Shown: piece after piece, positions 6,639 to 15,847 of the stretch | Position numbering within the stretch: the first letter of the stretch is position 1 | Layout of the letters: the number at the start of each line of letters is the position of its first letter | Assembly (NCBI GenBank): GCA_900234795.1 | Contig: LT962688.1 | Coordinates: 900,001-932,000, forward strand | Source of the DNA: Methylorubrum extorquens | GTDB lineage: Bacteria > Pseudomonadota > Alphaproteobacteria > Rhizobiales > Beijerinckiaceae | Reading direction: 5' to 3' | DNA length: 32,000 nucleotides | Program-made: the position numbers and the translations under genes | The notes under the pieces: model-generated | What the model saw: only the letters and a program-made list of their open reading frames with translations | Database searches by the model: none | What the model was told of the DNA's origin: nothing

Positions 6639-7086
6639 GTGCTCGACGCCTTCAGCCGCCGGATCGTCGGCTGGGTCATGGCCAGCCACCTGCGCTCGGA
6701 GTTGGTGCTCGACGCTCTGGAGATAGCCGTCACCCAGCGCAGGCCGCGCGACGTCATCCACCACTCCGACCAGAGCTCGCAATACACGTCGCTGGCCTTC
6801 GGCAACCGGTGCCGAGAGGCCGGTGTCCGGCCCTCGACGGGCTCGGTCGGCGATGCCTACGACAACGCCATGGCCGAGAGCTTCTTCTCCACCCCCGAAT
6901 GCGATCTGCTCGTGCGTCGCCGCTTCCGCTCGCAGGCGGAGGCACGGATGGCCTGCTTCAGCTACATCGAAGGCTTCTACAACCCGCCGCGCCGCCACGG
7001 CGCTCGGTTACCGCTCGCCCGTCATTTACGAGCAGGAGACTGCCTCAGAGGCGTCAACAATGAAACTGCTCAGCCAAGTCCCCTGA
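6639..7086 (+). pseudogene. second IS3-family OrfB (rve integrase core) fragment, 5'-truncated and frameshifted
   Basis: VLDAFSRRIVGWVMASHLRSELVLDALEIAVTQRRPRDVIHHSDQSSQYTSLAFGNRCREAGVRPSTGSVGDAYDNAMAESFF.. is the rve core. The C-terminus ..ALGYRSPVIYEQE.. lies in another frame. A probable element end, ..CCGGGGTCAGGCGA, is at 7142-7155. The fragment starts exactly where the first IS3 remnant ends (6638/6639). Confidence 0.65.
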
Positions 7087-7195
7087 CCGTCCACAAAAAC
7101 GGGGCAATCCCAGCTTGTTAACGCATACCGCTTAGCTTCGGCCGGGGTCAGGCGAGGTTCCCGTGATGAGGGACTGACCCGGTGAGGTCTAGTGT

Positions 7196-10100
7196 ATGTA
7201 CTCGTTGCACCCGAACGAGGTGGAGCGCCTGAAGGTGCTGCACGATCTGGAGGTGTTCGGCTCCCCTCCTGAGCCGCAGTACGACGCGATCTGCCGGACC
7301 ACTCAGGCGCTGTTCGGTGTACCTATCGCGCTTGCGTCGTTGGTTGGCGAGACCGAGCAGCGCTTCAAGGGCAGGTGCGGCCTGGAGGCGAGCAGAACTC
7401 CACGCGAGGTCTCGTTCTGCACCCACACCATCCTCTCGGACGAGGTGCTCGTTGTCGAGGATGCCGCTCAGGATGAGCGGTTTTCTGCCAACCCGCTCGT
7501 CACAGGTGAGCCGCACATCCGCTTCTATGCTGGCGCACCGCTCGTCCTCAGTCCTGGCATCCATCTCGGCTCCCTGTGCATCATCGACCGCACCCCGCGC
7601 TCCTTCTCGCCTGAGCAACAGGAGCAGCTTCGCGATCTGGCTCAAACCGTTGTCTCTCAGCTTCGCCTGAGCAAGGCTGAGCAAGCAGCCCGGGCTGGAG
7701 AGGCCTGCCTGCGCGAAAGCGAGGCCAACTATCGCCTCCTCGCGGACAACAGCACCGACCTCATCGTGCGGTGCACTCCAGACGGCACGCGCCTCTACGT
7801 TTCGCCGGCTGCGAAGCGCCTTCTCGGCTACGAACCGGAGGAGCTTGTCGGCACCAAATCCCTCGACTTCGTGCACCCAGAAGATGTGGCCGACTTCGGC
7901 CTGGTGCTGAGCGCAGTGGGTCGAGGCTGTTCCGAGCGAGCCGTCAGCCAGCAGCGTTACCGGCACAAGAACGGCTCTTGGCTGTGGGTGGAGACGTCCT
8001 TCAGCGTCACACGTGATGCGGCAGGCGCTGCGTCCGGCTTCGTCGCTGTGGTGCGCGACATCTCCGAACGGAAGAAGGTTGAGCACGCGATGGCGCATAT
8101 GGCGCGCCACGACCCACTCACCGGCCTGCCGAACCGCCTGCACCTTCGCGAACAGCTTGAGCAGGAGATCGCGCGCACGAAGCGCAAGGGCAGTGGCTTT
8201 GCCCTGTTCTGCCTGGATCTCGATCGCTTCAAACTCGTCAACGACACGCTTGGGCACCAAGCCGGGGACACCTTGCTGAAGGTCGTGGCGCAGCGGATCA
8301 GGGCTCTTCTGCGCACCGAGGACACGGTTGCGCGGCTTGGTGGCGACGAGTTCGTGATCATCCAGACTGGGTGCGCTGGACCTGCGGACGCAACACGGCT
8401 GGCCGAGCGTCTGATCGAGGCGATGGTCTTGCCCATCGATCTCGATGGCTACCCGGCCGGGGTGGGGCTCAGCATCGGCCTCGCCCTCTGCCCACGTGAT
8501 GCAGTCGATGCTGATAAGCTGATTGGTCTGGCGGATCAGGCGCTCTACCGAGCGAAGGCCAGCGGGCGGAACACCTTCCGTTCCCATGCAGAAGGTGAAG
8601 CCACGTCGCGCAGGAACGATCCTGAGCAGTCCGGTGTCTTCCGGAGCCGCGACATCGATCCCATTGGTTCGCACCCCAAGCTCTTTGACGAGGTGCTGTC
8701 CGGCTTGTTGGAGGGCAGCCTGGATTGCGTAAAGCTCCTCGATGAGCACGGCCGGCTGCTGTTCATGAGTTCGGGTGGTCAGAGGCTGATGGAAGTCGAG
8801 AACGCTGGATCGATCCTCGGTCAGTGCTGGCTCGACTTCTGGGAAGGCGAGCACCACGACGTGGCGCAGCAGGCGCTTGAGACAGCCAAGGCCGGTGAGC
8901 CCGCCCGCTTCCGAGGCTTCTGCCCCACGGCCAAGGGACAGCCACGGTGGTGGGACGTGAGCCTGAGCCCCATGCAGGGGCTGAGCGGCTCGCCGCAGCG
9001 CATCCTGTCTGTGTCCCGCGATGCGACCGCACAGGTCGAGCTTGAGGCGAGGCTCAGGACGACAGCCCAGCGCTACGAGGCGCTGATCGAGGCAAGCGCG
9101 ACCATGGTCTGGCGGGCAGAGCCAGACGGCTCTCTCATCGATAGCAGCGGGTGGGAAGCCTACACGGGTCAGCCGGTGAGCGCCTACGCTGGCTTCGGCT
9201 GGCTGAGCACCGTTCACCCCGATGACCAGGAGCGCGTGACCGCCACATGGCGCGAGATCTTCGCCTCGCAGGCAGCAGGCTCCTTCGAGTTCCGTGCCCT
9301 CTGCCGAGACGGATCGTACCGATGGACGCTGACCAGGGCTGTGCCGCTCACGGACGGCTCCGGTCAGGTACGGGAGTGGGTCGGAACCGACAGCGACATC
9401 CACGAGAGCAAACAGGCAACCGAGGCAATTCGCCTTCAGGAAGAACGCTACCGGCTGGCGATGCTCGCCACACAGGATGCGATCTGGGATCACGACCTCA
9501 CATCGGACGCCATCGAGTGGAGCGAGGGAACTTACCGGCTGTTTGGCTACTCTGACGCTGAGGTTGCCAACACGGGCGCTTGGTGGAAGAGCAAGATCCA
9601 CCCTGATGATCGAGCGCGCGTTACGGCCTCCCTTCGTTGCGTCATCGACGGCCATGAGCACCGCTGGAGCGAGGAGTACCTCTTTGAGCAGGGCGACGGC
9701 ACTTACGCGGACGTGCTCGACCGAGGTTTTGTAATCCGGGACTCACACGGTCGAGCCGTGCGCGTGGTCGGTGCTATGCACGATGTCACCGAGGAGCGGC
9801 GAGCGGATGCAGCGCTGCGGGCCAGTGAAGAGCGCCTGCGGCTTGCCTTGCGAGCGGGCCGGATGGTCGCTTGGGAACTCAACCTCAAGACGGGCCAGAG
9901 CAAACAATCTGGAGATGCCTTGGACCTTCTAGGCATTGCCTCAGGGCCGGCGTCAGAGTTCTACGACCGCGTTCATCCCGATGACCGCGCAGGGATGGAC
10001 CGCTTCATTCAAGGAGCGGAGAGCCACCAGGGCCAAGAATTCCGTTACGTCCACCCGGCAGGCAGCACGTTATGGCTGAGCGCGTGGGCTGAGCGGACCG

Positions 10101-11503
10101 AGGGGGACCGGCTCGTCGGCATCACCTTCGACATCACCGAACGCAAGCGCGTTGAAGAACGAGCATGGCGCGCAGCCAATCACGACGCGCTCACGGGTTT
10201 GCCGAACCGCCGGCTGTTCCACCAGCGACTGGAGCAGGCGCTGACTGCCGCAGAGCGGGGCGGTACGAGTGTGAGCCTGCTTCTCTTAGACCTCGACAAC
10301 CTGCGGGACGTGAACGACACGCTCGGGCACGACGCAGGTGACGCTGTACTGGTAGAGGTTGCCCAGCGCTTGCAGGACGGCTTGCGTGAGACCGACACAG
10401 TGGCGCGCCTAAGTGGTGACGAGTTCGCCTTACTGCTCGTTGAGCCGCTGCGCCTAGAGCACGCATTGAGCCACACACGAGGGCTCATAGAGCGGCTGAG
10501 CCAGCCGTTCTGCAACCGTGGCCACACGCTCTCGCGCAAGGCGAGCATCGGTGTTGCTGCCTATCCCGATCACCACCGCGGCCCGCACGACCTGCTGAAA
10601 GACGCTGACATCGCGCTCTATCGCGCAAAGGTGCAGGGCCGGAACCGCGCCATTGTTTTCGCGCCAGAGATGCGGGCAGAGACCGAGCGGCGGGTGAGCA
10701 TCGCGAGCGAGGTTCGGGTGGCTCTCGCTGCGGGGCGGATCGTGCCCTACTACCAGCCGAAGGTGTGCTTCTCAACCGGCGCAATCGTCGGCTTTGAGGC
10801 ACTGGCACGCTGGGAGCATCCTGAGAAGGGATTGCTCACCCCCGGCTACTTCGGCTCGGCCTTCGACGATCCGGAGCTTGCCACAGGCATCGGCGACAGC
10901 ATCCTCCGGCAGGTTGCGGCGGACCTGCGGGAGTGGCGGGAACGTGGCCTTACTCCCGGCCTCATTGCGGTGAACTTCGCCTCGGCGGAGTTCCGCAAGC
11001 CGGATTTGGCCGGCAGCATCCTGTCCGTGCTGAACGAGCACGGCGTTCCACCGAGCCTGTTCGAGGTCGAGGTCACCGAGACCGTCTTCCTCGGCCACGG
11101 CAGCGAGAACGTGCCAGCGACCCTTCACCGGCTACGCGCTGCCGGCGTTCTGATCACGCTCGATGACTTCGGCACCGGCTTCGCATCGCTGACGCACCTG
11201 AAGCAGTTCCCGGTCGGCCACCTGAAGGTGGACCAGAGCTTCGTGCGCAACATGGAGCAGGACAGCGACGACGCGGCCATTGTCGCGGCGGTCGTCGGCC
11301 TTGGCCGCAGCATTGGCGTGAAGGTCACGGCTGAAGGTGTCGAGACTGAGGGTCAGGCACAGCGACTCAGCGCTATGGGCTGCGACTACGCCCAGGGCTA
11401 CCGCTACGCCACGCCCATGGCCGGCTCACGCGTGCCCTGGTTCCTGACGCATTGGAGGACGGCTGCGGTGGTCGAGGAGAGCCAGATGCTGCGCCTTGCA
11501 TGA
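7196..11503 (+). CDS. multidomain c-di-GMP signalling protein: GAF-PAS-GGDEF-PAS(x4)-GGDEF-EAL
   Basis: N-terminal GAF domain (..FCTHTILSDEVLVVEDAAQDERFSANPLV..FYAGAPL..). First GGDEF is RTEDTVARLGGDEF (about 8336-8353), with an RxxD I-site. Several PAS/PAC units follow. Second GGDEF is degenerate, RETDTVARLSGDEF (10412-10426). EAL motifs are EALARW (10796-), DDFGTGFAS, KVDQSF and EGVET. Confidence 0.9.
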   Translation: MYSLHPNEVERLKVLHDLEVFGSPPEPQYDAICRTTQALFGVPIALASLVGETEQRFKGRCGLEASRTPREVSFCTHTILSDEVLVVEDAAQDERFSANPLVTGEPHIRFYAGAPLVLSPGIHLGSLCIIDRTPRSFSPEQQEQLRDLAQTVVSQLRLSKAEQAARAGEACLRESEANYRLLADNSTDLIVRCTPDGTRLYVSPAAKRLLGYEPEELVGTKSLDFVHPEDVADFGLVLSAVGRGCSERAVSQQRYRHKNGSWLWVETSFSVTRDAAGAASGFVAVVRDISERKKVEHAMAHMARHDPLTGLPNRLHLREQLEQEIARTKRKGSGFALFCLDLDRFKLVNDTLGHQAGDTLLKVVAQRIRALLRTEDTVARLGGDEFVIIQTGCAGPADATRLAERLIEAMVLPIDLDGYPAGVGLSIGLALCPRDAVDADKLIGLADQALYRAKASGRNTFRSHAEGEATSRRNDPEQSGVFRSRDIDPIGSHPKLFDEVLSGLLEGSLDCVKLLDEHGRLLFMSSGGQRLMEVENAGSILGQCWLDFWEGEHHDVAQQALETAKAGEPARFRGFCPTAKGQPRWWDVSLSPMQGLSGSPQRILSVSRDATAQVELEARLRTTAQRYEALIEASATMVWRAEPDGSLIDSSGWEAYTGQPVSAYAGFGWLSTVHPDDQERVTATWREIFASQAAGSFEFRALCRDGSYRWTLTRAVPLTDGSGQVREWVGTDSDIHESKQATEAIRLQEERYRLAMLATQDAIWDHDLTSDAIEWSEGTYRLFGYSDAEVANTGAWWKSKIHPDDRARVTASLRCVIDGHEHRWSEEYLFEQGDGTYADVLDRGFVIRDSHGRAVRVVGAMHDVTEERRADAALRASEERLRLALRAGRMVAWELNLKTGQSKQSGDALDLLGIASGPASEFYDRVHPDDRAGMDRFIQGAESHQGQEFRYVHPAGSTLWLSAWAERTEGDRLVGITFDITERKRVEERAWRAANHDALTGLPNRRLFHQRLEQALTAAERGGTSVSLLLLDLDNLRDVNDTLGHDAGDAVLVEVAQRLQDGLRETDTVARLSGDEFALLLVEPLRLEHALSHTRGLIERLSQPFCNRGHTLSRKASIGVAAYPDHHRGPHDLLKDADIALYRAKVQGRNRAIVFAPEMRAETERRVSIASEVRVALAAGRIVPYYQPKVCFSTGAIVGFEALARWEHPEKGLLTPGYFGSAFDDPELATGIGDSILRQVAADLREWRERGLTPGLIAVNFASAEFRKPDLAGSILSVLNEHGVPPSLFEVEVTETVFLGHGSENVPATLHRLRAAGVLITLDDFGTGFASLTHLKQFPVGHLKVDQSFVRNMEQDSDDAAIVAAVVGLGRSIGVKVTAEGVETEGQAQRLSAMGCDYAQGYRYATPMAGSRVPWFLTHWRTAAVVEESQMLRLA

Positions 11504-11685
11504 CGAGCGGTGTTTCAGCGAGGCTCCCGCTTCGTCAGCGTGCACGACCTCAGCGGCAGGCGCATGCTAGTGCAGCCGTACGTGGCTGAGCTGGAGCAAG
11601 CAGCGTGATCTTGGTCGCCGCGGTGGGTGGTGGGCTGTGCGTCCGCTTCGTGCATCGAAGTTGAGGACTGCTTCCGACCGATTTC

Positions 11686-11926
11686 GTTCTCTAATGAGTC
11701 AATGGGCGGCAGCTCAATCCAGAGCGTTCGACGCTTTCGGGTGCCTGCGTTCTCTACGTGCTCGTGCGGCACTTGATGGGGTCAGCTGGGTGCAAAGCGG
11801 CTCGGTTGAAAGCGCAGTCGGCGCAAGGCCGCATGCTACAGAATCGGCGCCATCTTCTGCTCCCTCCCTCGGGCGTCGCTCCCGCTCGGGAGCTCGGTTC
11901 GGCCTCCTGTCCGGTGATGTCAGCCG
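11686..11926 (-). ncRNA. candidate bridge/seek RNA in the IS1111-type right end, copy L
   Basis: Mirror copy of 15607-15847, differing at one base (11864). Confidence 0.4.
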
Positions 11927-12940
11927 CTACGCAGGTCGGAACTCGGTGCCCTGCCGCAGCATCGCGTGCATGATGATCGCTAGCCGGCGCGCGAGAGCGA
12001 TGCGGGCCTTGCGCATCGTAGAGCGCTTCGCGATGGCCAGAGCCCAAGCCTTCAGCTTCAGGGGCTGCCTGCAGCGCGTCAGCATCACGTTGGCGGCTTC
12101 GTACAGCAGCGTTCTGACCCGCCGGTCGCCGCACTTCGAGATGCTACCGGTGTAGTCGACCTCGCCCGATTGGTAGCGTCGCGGAACAAGGCCAAGATAC
12201 GGACCGACGTCGCGGGAGCGCCTGAAGCGCTCAGGATCATCGACGGCTGCCGTGAAAGCGAGCGCGGTGAGTTGACCGACGCCCGGGATCGTCATCAACC
12301 GCCGGCAGGCATCTGAGGCTCGGACCATCCGCTTGATATCTGCATCGATGGCGGCGACAGCTGCCAGCACGGCAGCTCGTGCTCCGATCAGGCCGCGCAT
12401 GGCGGCGGACAGTCCAGCGATCCCCTCGCTCGAACGCAGAGCCTGCTCGATGAACGCAGGGCTGAGCGCCCGCGGTAGCCGCACCCCGAACACGACGGCA
12501 AGACCGCGGATCTGGTTCTCCAGCGTGACCCGCTGGCCGACCAGCTTCTTGCGCGCGATGATCAACGACCTCACGGCGTGTGCCGGCAGCGACTTCACGT
12601 GCACCGGCTTGAAGAAGCCTGTTCGTGCCAGATGAGCCAGACCGCGCGCATCGTTCCGGTCGGTCTTGTGCGTCGTAAGCGACTTCAAGGCTTGGTAAGC
12701 CTGCCGGCTCTCGACGCAGACGACCGGCACACCATGGTCGGCCAAGCCGTGGAACAGCATTGGAGCCATCCGGCCTGTCTCGAACACAACCCGACGGCAG
12801 GCAGGCGCCTTCGCGAGTTCCTGCGCGATGTCGGCAGGCGTAGAGGCCACCTTCGCCTGATGGGTAACTACTCCGTCGCGGTCGACCACGCAGACGTGCG
12901 TCTCCTCCATCGAGACATCTAGGCCAGCGAAATACTCCAT
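11927..12940 (-). CDS. IS110-family transposase (337 aa)
   Basis: MEYFAGLDVSMEETHVCVVDRDG.. is the DEDD N-terminal domain. ..LMTIPGVGQLTALAFTAAVDDPERF.. is the Transposase_20 motif. The Shine-Dalgarno is GGAAGAGGAGG. The protein is identical to the one encoded at 14593-15606. Confidence 0.92.
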   Translation of the reverse strand: MEYFAGLDVSMEETHVCVVDRDGVVTHQAKVASTPADIAQELAKAPACRRVVFETGRMAPMLFHGLADHGVPVVCVESRQAYQALKSLTTHKTDRNDARGLAHLARTGFFKPVHVKSLPAHAVRSLIIARKKLVGQRVTLENQIRGLAVVFGVRLPRALSPAFIEQALRSSEGIAGLSAAMRGLIGARAAVLAAVAAIDADIKRMVRASDACRRLMTIPGVGQLTALAFTAAVDDPERFRRSRDVGPYLGLVPRRYQSGEVDYTGSISKCGDRRVRTLLYEAANVMLTRCRQPLKLKAWALAIAKRSTMRKARIALARRLAIIMHAMLRQGTEFRPA

Positions 12941-13093
12941 AATCAGCCTCCTCTTCCGGCAGCGGAGCCGATCCTATCGACTTCCGCAGAAGAGCTGCCG
13001 CCCATTACCCGATGTTGAAAAACTCGGTGGCGGCCGAGATCGGCGACGGACAGGGGCGATCTCTTCCCTTCGGCCCTGAGGCCTCCTTCCCGA

Positions 13094-14467
13094 TCAAGCC
13101 GGGCTCGGCTGCGGGACCGGGATGATCTTGGCCATCTTCCTCAGGTTCTGAGCGGCTGCGGCGAGGTGGAACTCGTCTCTCGCTCCGTTTGGGCCGCGCA
13201 ACCGGAGGCGATCCAGCTTCAGGATGCGCTTGAGGTGGGCAAACAGCATCTCGATCTTCTTCCGCTCACGGCGTGAGGTTTTGCCTTCCTCAGATCGTGC
13301 GATGTCGCGGGCCATGTCTCGCGCGCCCTCGTGGACTGAGCGCGGGACTTTGCGCACCGGATCGTTCGGGCAGCACCGCGCCTTCAGCGGGCATGGCGTG
13401 CAGTCGAACTTGCTCGCGCGATACATCAGCGTCGCCCCGTCGTTGATCAAGGTGCCGGTGGTCGTCAGCATCCGGCCTGCCGGGCAGCGATAGACGTCAT
13501 TGGGCTGGTCGTAGGTGAAGTCGGCGCGTGAGAAGGTACCATCGGTGCGGGTCGATTTATCGAAGACGCTGATATGTGGCTCGATGCCCTGCTCGTAGAC
13601 GAGCCAGCCCAACATCTCGGCCGAGCCGTAGCCGCTGTCGCCCGCCAGCCGGGCCGGATAGAGATCGAAGCGCTCGCGTGAGCGCTCGATCATGCGTTTG
13701 GCTGCCGTGACCTCGGCCTGCCGGATGGCGGTGGTCGCCTCGACATCGACGATGACCGCGTGGTCGAGGTCGATCAGGTAGTTGGCCGTGTAGGCGAAGA
13801 ACGCTTGCCCGCCGTGTGCTCCGGTCCAGCGTGCGGCCGGATCCGCGGGCGAGATGAACTTGGGTGGGACGGGCGTGGCGGCCCCGAAGGCGGCCTCGTC
13901 GAGGACGGCCAGATACTCTTGAGCAGCCCGGCTCACGGCCTCGGGTGGGAGGCCGGCAGAGCCTTCGACCCCGTTCTGTCGGTTGGCGTCGGCCTTGATC
14001 AGGCTGCCATCGACGGCAAAGCCCTCACCACCGACCAGCCCTTCGGCGATGCAGCGGGCGAGCACACGCTCGAACAAGCGGCGTAGCAGATCGCTGTCGC
14101 GGAAACGGCCGTGACGGTTCTTCGAGAAGGTCGAGTGGTCCGGTACGCGCCCCTCCAGGCCCAGGCGGCAGAACCAACGGTAGGCGAGATTGAGGTGGAC
14201 CTCGTCGCAGAGCCGGCGCTCCGAGCGGATGCCGAGGCAGTAGCCGATGATCAGCATACGGATCATCAGCTCGGGATCGACCGAGGGGCGCCCCGTGGAG
14301 GCGTAGAACGGGGCCAACTCCTGGCGCAGGCCGGTGAGATCGACGAAGCGGTCGATAGAGCGCAGTAGATGGTCGGCGGGAACGTGGGTGCCGAGCGAGA
14401 ACTCGTAGAACAGAGCACCCTGCTCGACTTGCCGAGGTCCCATCATCTGCGTCGATCCCTGCCTCAC
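13094..14467 (-). CDS. IS1182-family (IS5/IS4-like DDE) transposase
   Basis: N-terminal InsH/DUF772-like region: ..GRPSVDPELMIRMLIIGYCLGIRSERRLCDEVHLNLAYRWFC... C-terminal tail: ..MLFAHLKRILKLDRLRLRGPNGARDEFHLAAAAQNLRKMAK. An alternative start is MMGPRQ at 14446. Confidence 0.85.
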   Translation of the reverse strand: MRQGSTQMMGPRQVEQGALFYEFSLGTHVPADHLLRSIDRFVDLTGLRQELAPFYASTGRPSVDPELMIRMLIIGYCLGIRSERRLCDEVHLNLAYRWFCRLGLEGRVPDHSTFSKNRHGRFRDSDLLRRLFERVLARCIAEGLVGGEGFAVDGSLIKADANRQNGVEGSAGLPPEAVSRAAQEYLAVLDEAAFGAATPVPPKFISPADPAARWTGAHGGQAFFAYTANYLIDLDHAVIVDVEATTAIRQAEVTAAKRMIERSRERFDLYPARLAGDSGYGSAEMLGWLVYEQGIEPHISVFDKSTRTDGTFSRADFTYDQPNDVYRCPAGRMLTTTGTLINDGATLMYRASKFDCTPCPLKARCCPNDPVRKVPRSVHEGARDMARDIARSEEGKTSRRERKKIEMLFAHLKRILKLDRLRLRGPNGARDEFHLAAAAQNLRKMAKIIPVPQPSPA

Positions 14468-14592
14468 AGCAGCAGTGAATCACCTCGCAAATGCTGCTGC
14501 AACAGCCGAGTTTTTCAACATCGGGTAATGGGCGGCAGCTCTTCTGCGGAAGTCGATAGGATCGGCTCCGCTGCCGGAAGAGGAGGCTGATT

Positions 14593-15606
14593 ATGGAGTA
14601 TTTCGCTGGCCTAGATGTCTCGATGGAGGAGACGCACGTCTGCGTGGTCGACCGCGACGGAGTAGTTACCCATCAGGCGAAGGTGGCCTCTACGCCTGCC
14701 GACATCGCGCAGGAACTCGCGAAGGCGCCTGCCTGCCGTCGGGTTGTGTTCGAGACAGGCCGGATGGCTCCAATGCTGTTCCACGGCTTGGCCGACCATG
14801 GTGTGCCGGTCGTCTGCGTCGAGAGCCGGCAGGCTTACCAAGCCTTGAAGTCGCTTACGACGCACAAGACCGACCGGAACGATGCGCGCGGTCTGGCTCA
14901 TCTGGCACGAACAGGCTTCTTCAAGCCGGTGCACGTGAAGTCGCTGCCGGCACACGCCGTGAGGTCGTTGATCATCGCGCGCAAGAAGCTGGTCGGCCAG
15001 CGGGTCACGCTGGAGAACCAGATCCGCGGTCTTGCCGTCGTGTTCGGGGTGCGGCTACCGCGGGCGCTCAGCCCTGCGTTCATCGAGCAGGCTCTGCGTT
15101 CGAGCGAGGGGATCGCTGGACTGTCCGCCGCCATGCGCGGCCTGATCGGAGCACGAGCTGCCGTGCTGGCAGCTGTCGCCGCCATCGATGCAGATATCAA
15201 GCGGATGGTCCGAGCCTCAGATGCCTGCCGGCGGTTGATGACGATCCCGGGCGTCGGTCAACTCACCGCGCTCGCTTTCACGGCAGCCGTCGATGATCCT
15301 GAGCGCTTCAGGCGCTCCCGCGACGTCGGTCCGTATCTTGGCCTTGTTCCGCGACGCTACCAATCGGGCGAGGTCGACTACACCGGTAGCATCTCGAAGT
15401 GCGGCGACCGGCGGGTCAGAACGCTGCTGTACGAAGCCGCCAACGTGATGCTGACGCGCTGCAGGCAGCCCCTGAAGCTGAAGGCTTGGGCTCTGGCCAT
15501 CGCGAAGCGCTCTACGATGCGCAAGGCCCGCATCGCTCTCGCGCGCCGGCTAGCGATCATCATGCACGCGATGCTGCGGCAGGGCACCGAGTTCCGACCT
15601 GCGTAG
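14593..15606 (+). CDS. IS110-family transposase (337 aa)
   Basis: Protein identical to the one encoded at 11927-12940. Confidence 0.92.
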   Translation: MEYFAGLDVSMEETHVCVVDRDGVVTHQAKVASTPADIAQELAKAPACRRVVFETGRMAPMLFHGLADHGVPVVCVESRQAYQALKSLTTHKTDRNDARGLAHLARTGFFKPVHVKSLPAHAVRSLIIARKKLVGQRVTLENQIRGLAVVFGVRLPRALSPAFIEQALRSSEGIAGLSAAMRGLIGARAAVLAAVAAIDADIKRMVRASDACRRLMTIPGVGQLTALAFTAAVDDPERFRRSRDVGPYLGLVPRRYQSGEVDYTGSISKCGDRRVRTLLYEAANVMLTRCRQPLKLKAWALAIAKRSTMRKARIALARRLAIIMHAMLRQGTEFRPA

Positions 15607-15847
15607 CGGCTGACATCACCGGACAGGAGGCCGAACCGAGCTCCCGAGCGGGAGCGACGCCCGAGGGAAGGAGCAGAAGATGGCGCCGATTCTGTAGCAT
15701 GCGGCCTTGCGCCGACTGCGCTTTCAACCGAGCCGCTTTGCACCCAGCTGACCCCATCAAGTGCCGCACGAGCACGTAGAGAACGCAGGCACCCGAAAGC
15801 GTCGAACGCTCTGGATTGAGCTGCCGCCCATTGACTCATTAGAGAAC
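15607..15847 (+). ncRNA. candidate bridge/seek RNA in the IS1111-type right end, copy R
   Basis: A 241-nt non-coding region 3' of the recombinase. It contains a GCTCCC-GAGC-GGGAGC hairpin near 15641-15656. Segments 15687-15695, 15722-15728, 15777-15784 and 15791-15796 match the element junctions (see finding). Confidence 0.45.

Larger units (their letters stand above)
11686..13027 (-). mobile_element. IS110-family (IS1111 subgroup) insertion sequence, copy L (limits of duplicated sequence; predicted true element 11686-13013)
   Basis: The 1342-bp segment is the reverse complement of 14506-15847 apart from one base (11864). Subterminal 15-bp IRs are AATGGGCGGCAGCTC / GAGCTGCCGCCCATT. Confidence 0.85.
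14506..15847 (+). mobile_element. IS110-family (IS1111 subgroup) insertion sequence, copy R (limits of duplicated sequence; predicted true element 14520-15847)
   Basis: Mirror copy of 11686-13027. Subterminal IRs are at 14528-14542 and 15818-15832. Only 87 nt lie 5' of the CDS and 241 nt lie 3' of it, as in IS1111-type elements. Confidence 0.85.

Noticed and set aside
7148-9661. 837-aa ORF on the minus strand
   Set aside because: It lies entirely antisense to the well-supported GAF/PAS/GGDEF/EAL gene. It is Arg/Ala/Gly-rich with no recognisable motifs, a typical shadow ORF of high-GC DNA.
13028-14505. Terminal inverted repeats of the IS1182-type element immediately inside the two IS110-type copies
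   Set aside because: The sequences at 13028 onwards (TGGCGGCCGAGATCGG) and the reverse complement of the 14505 end (CTGTTGCAGCAGCATT) show no similarity. The true IRs must therefore include sequence now split by the insertions.
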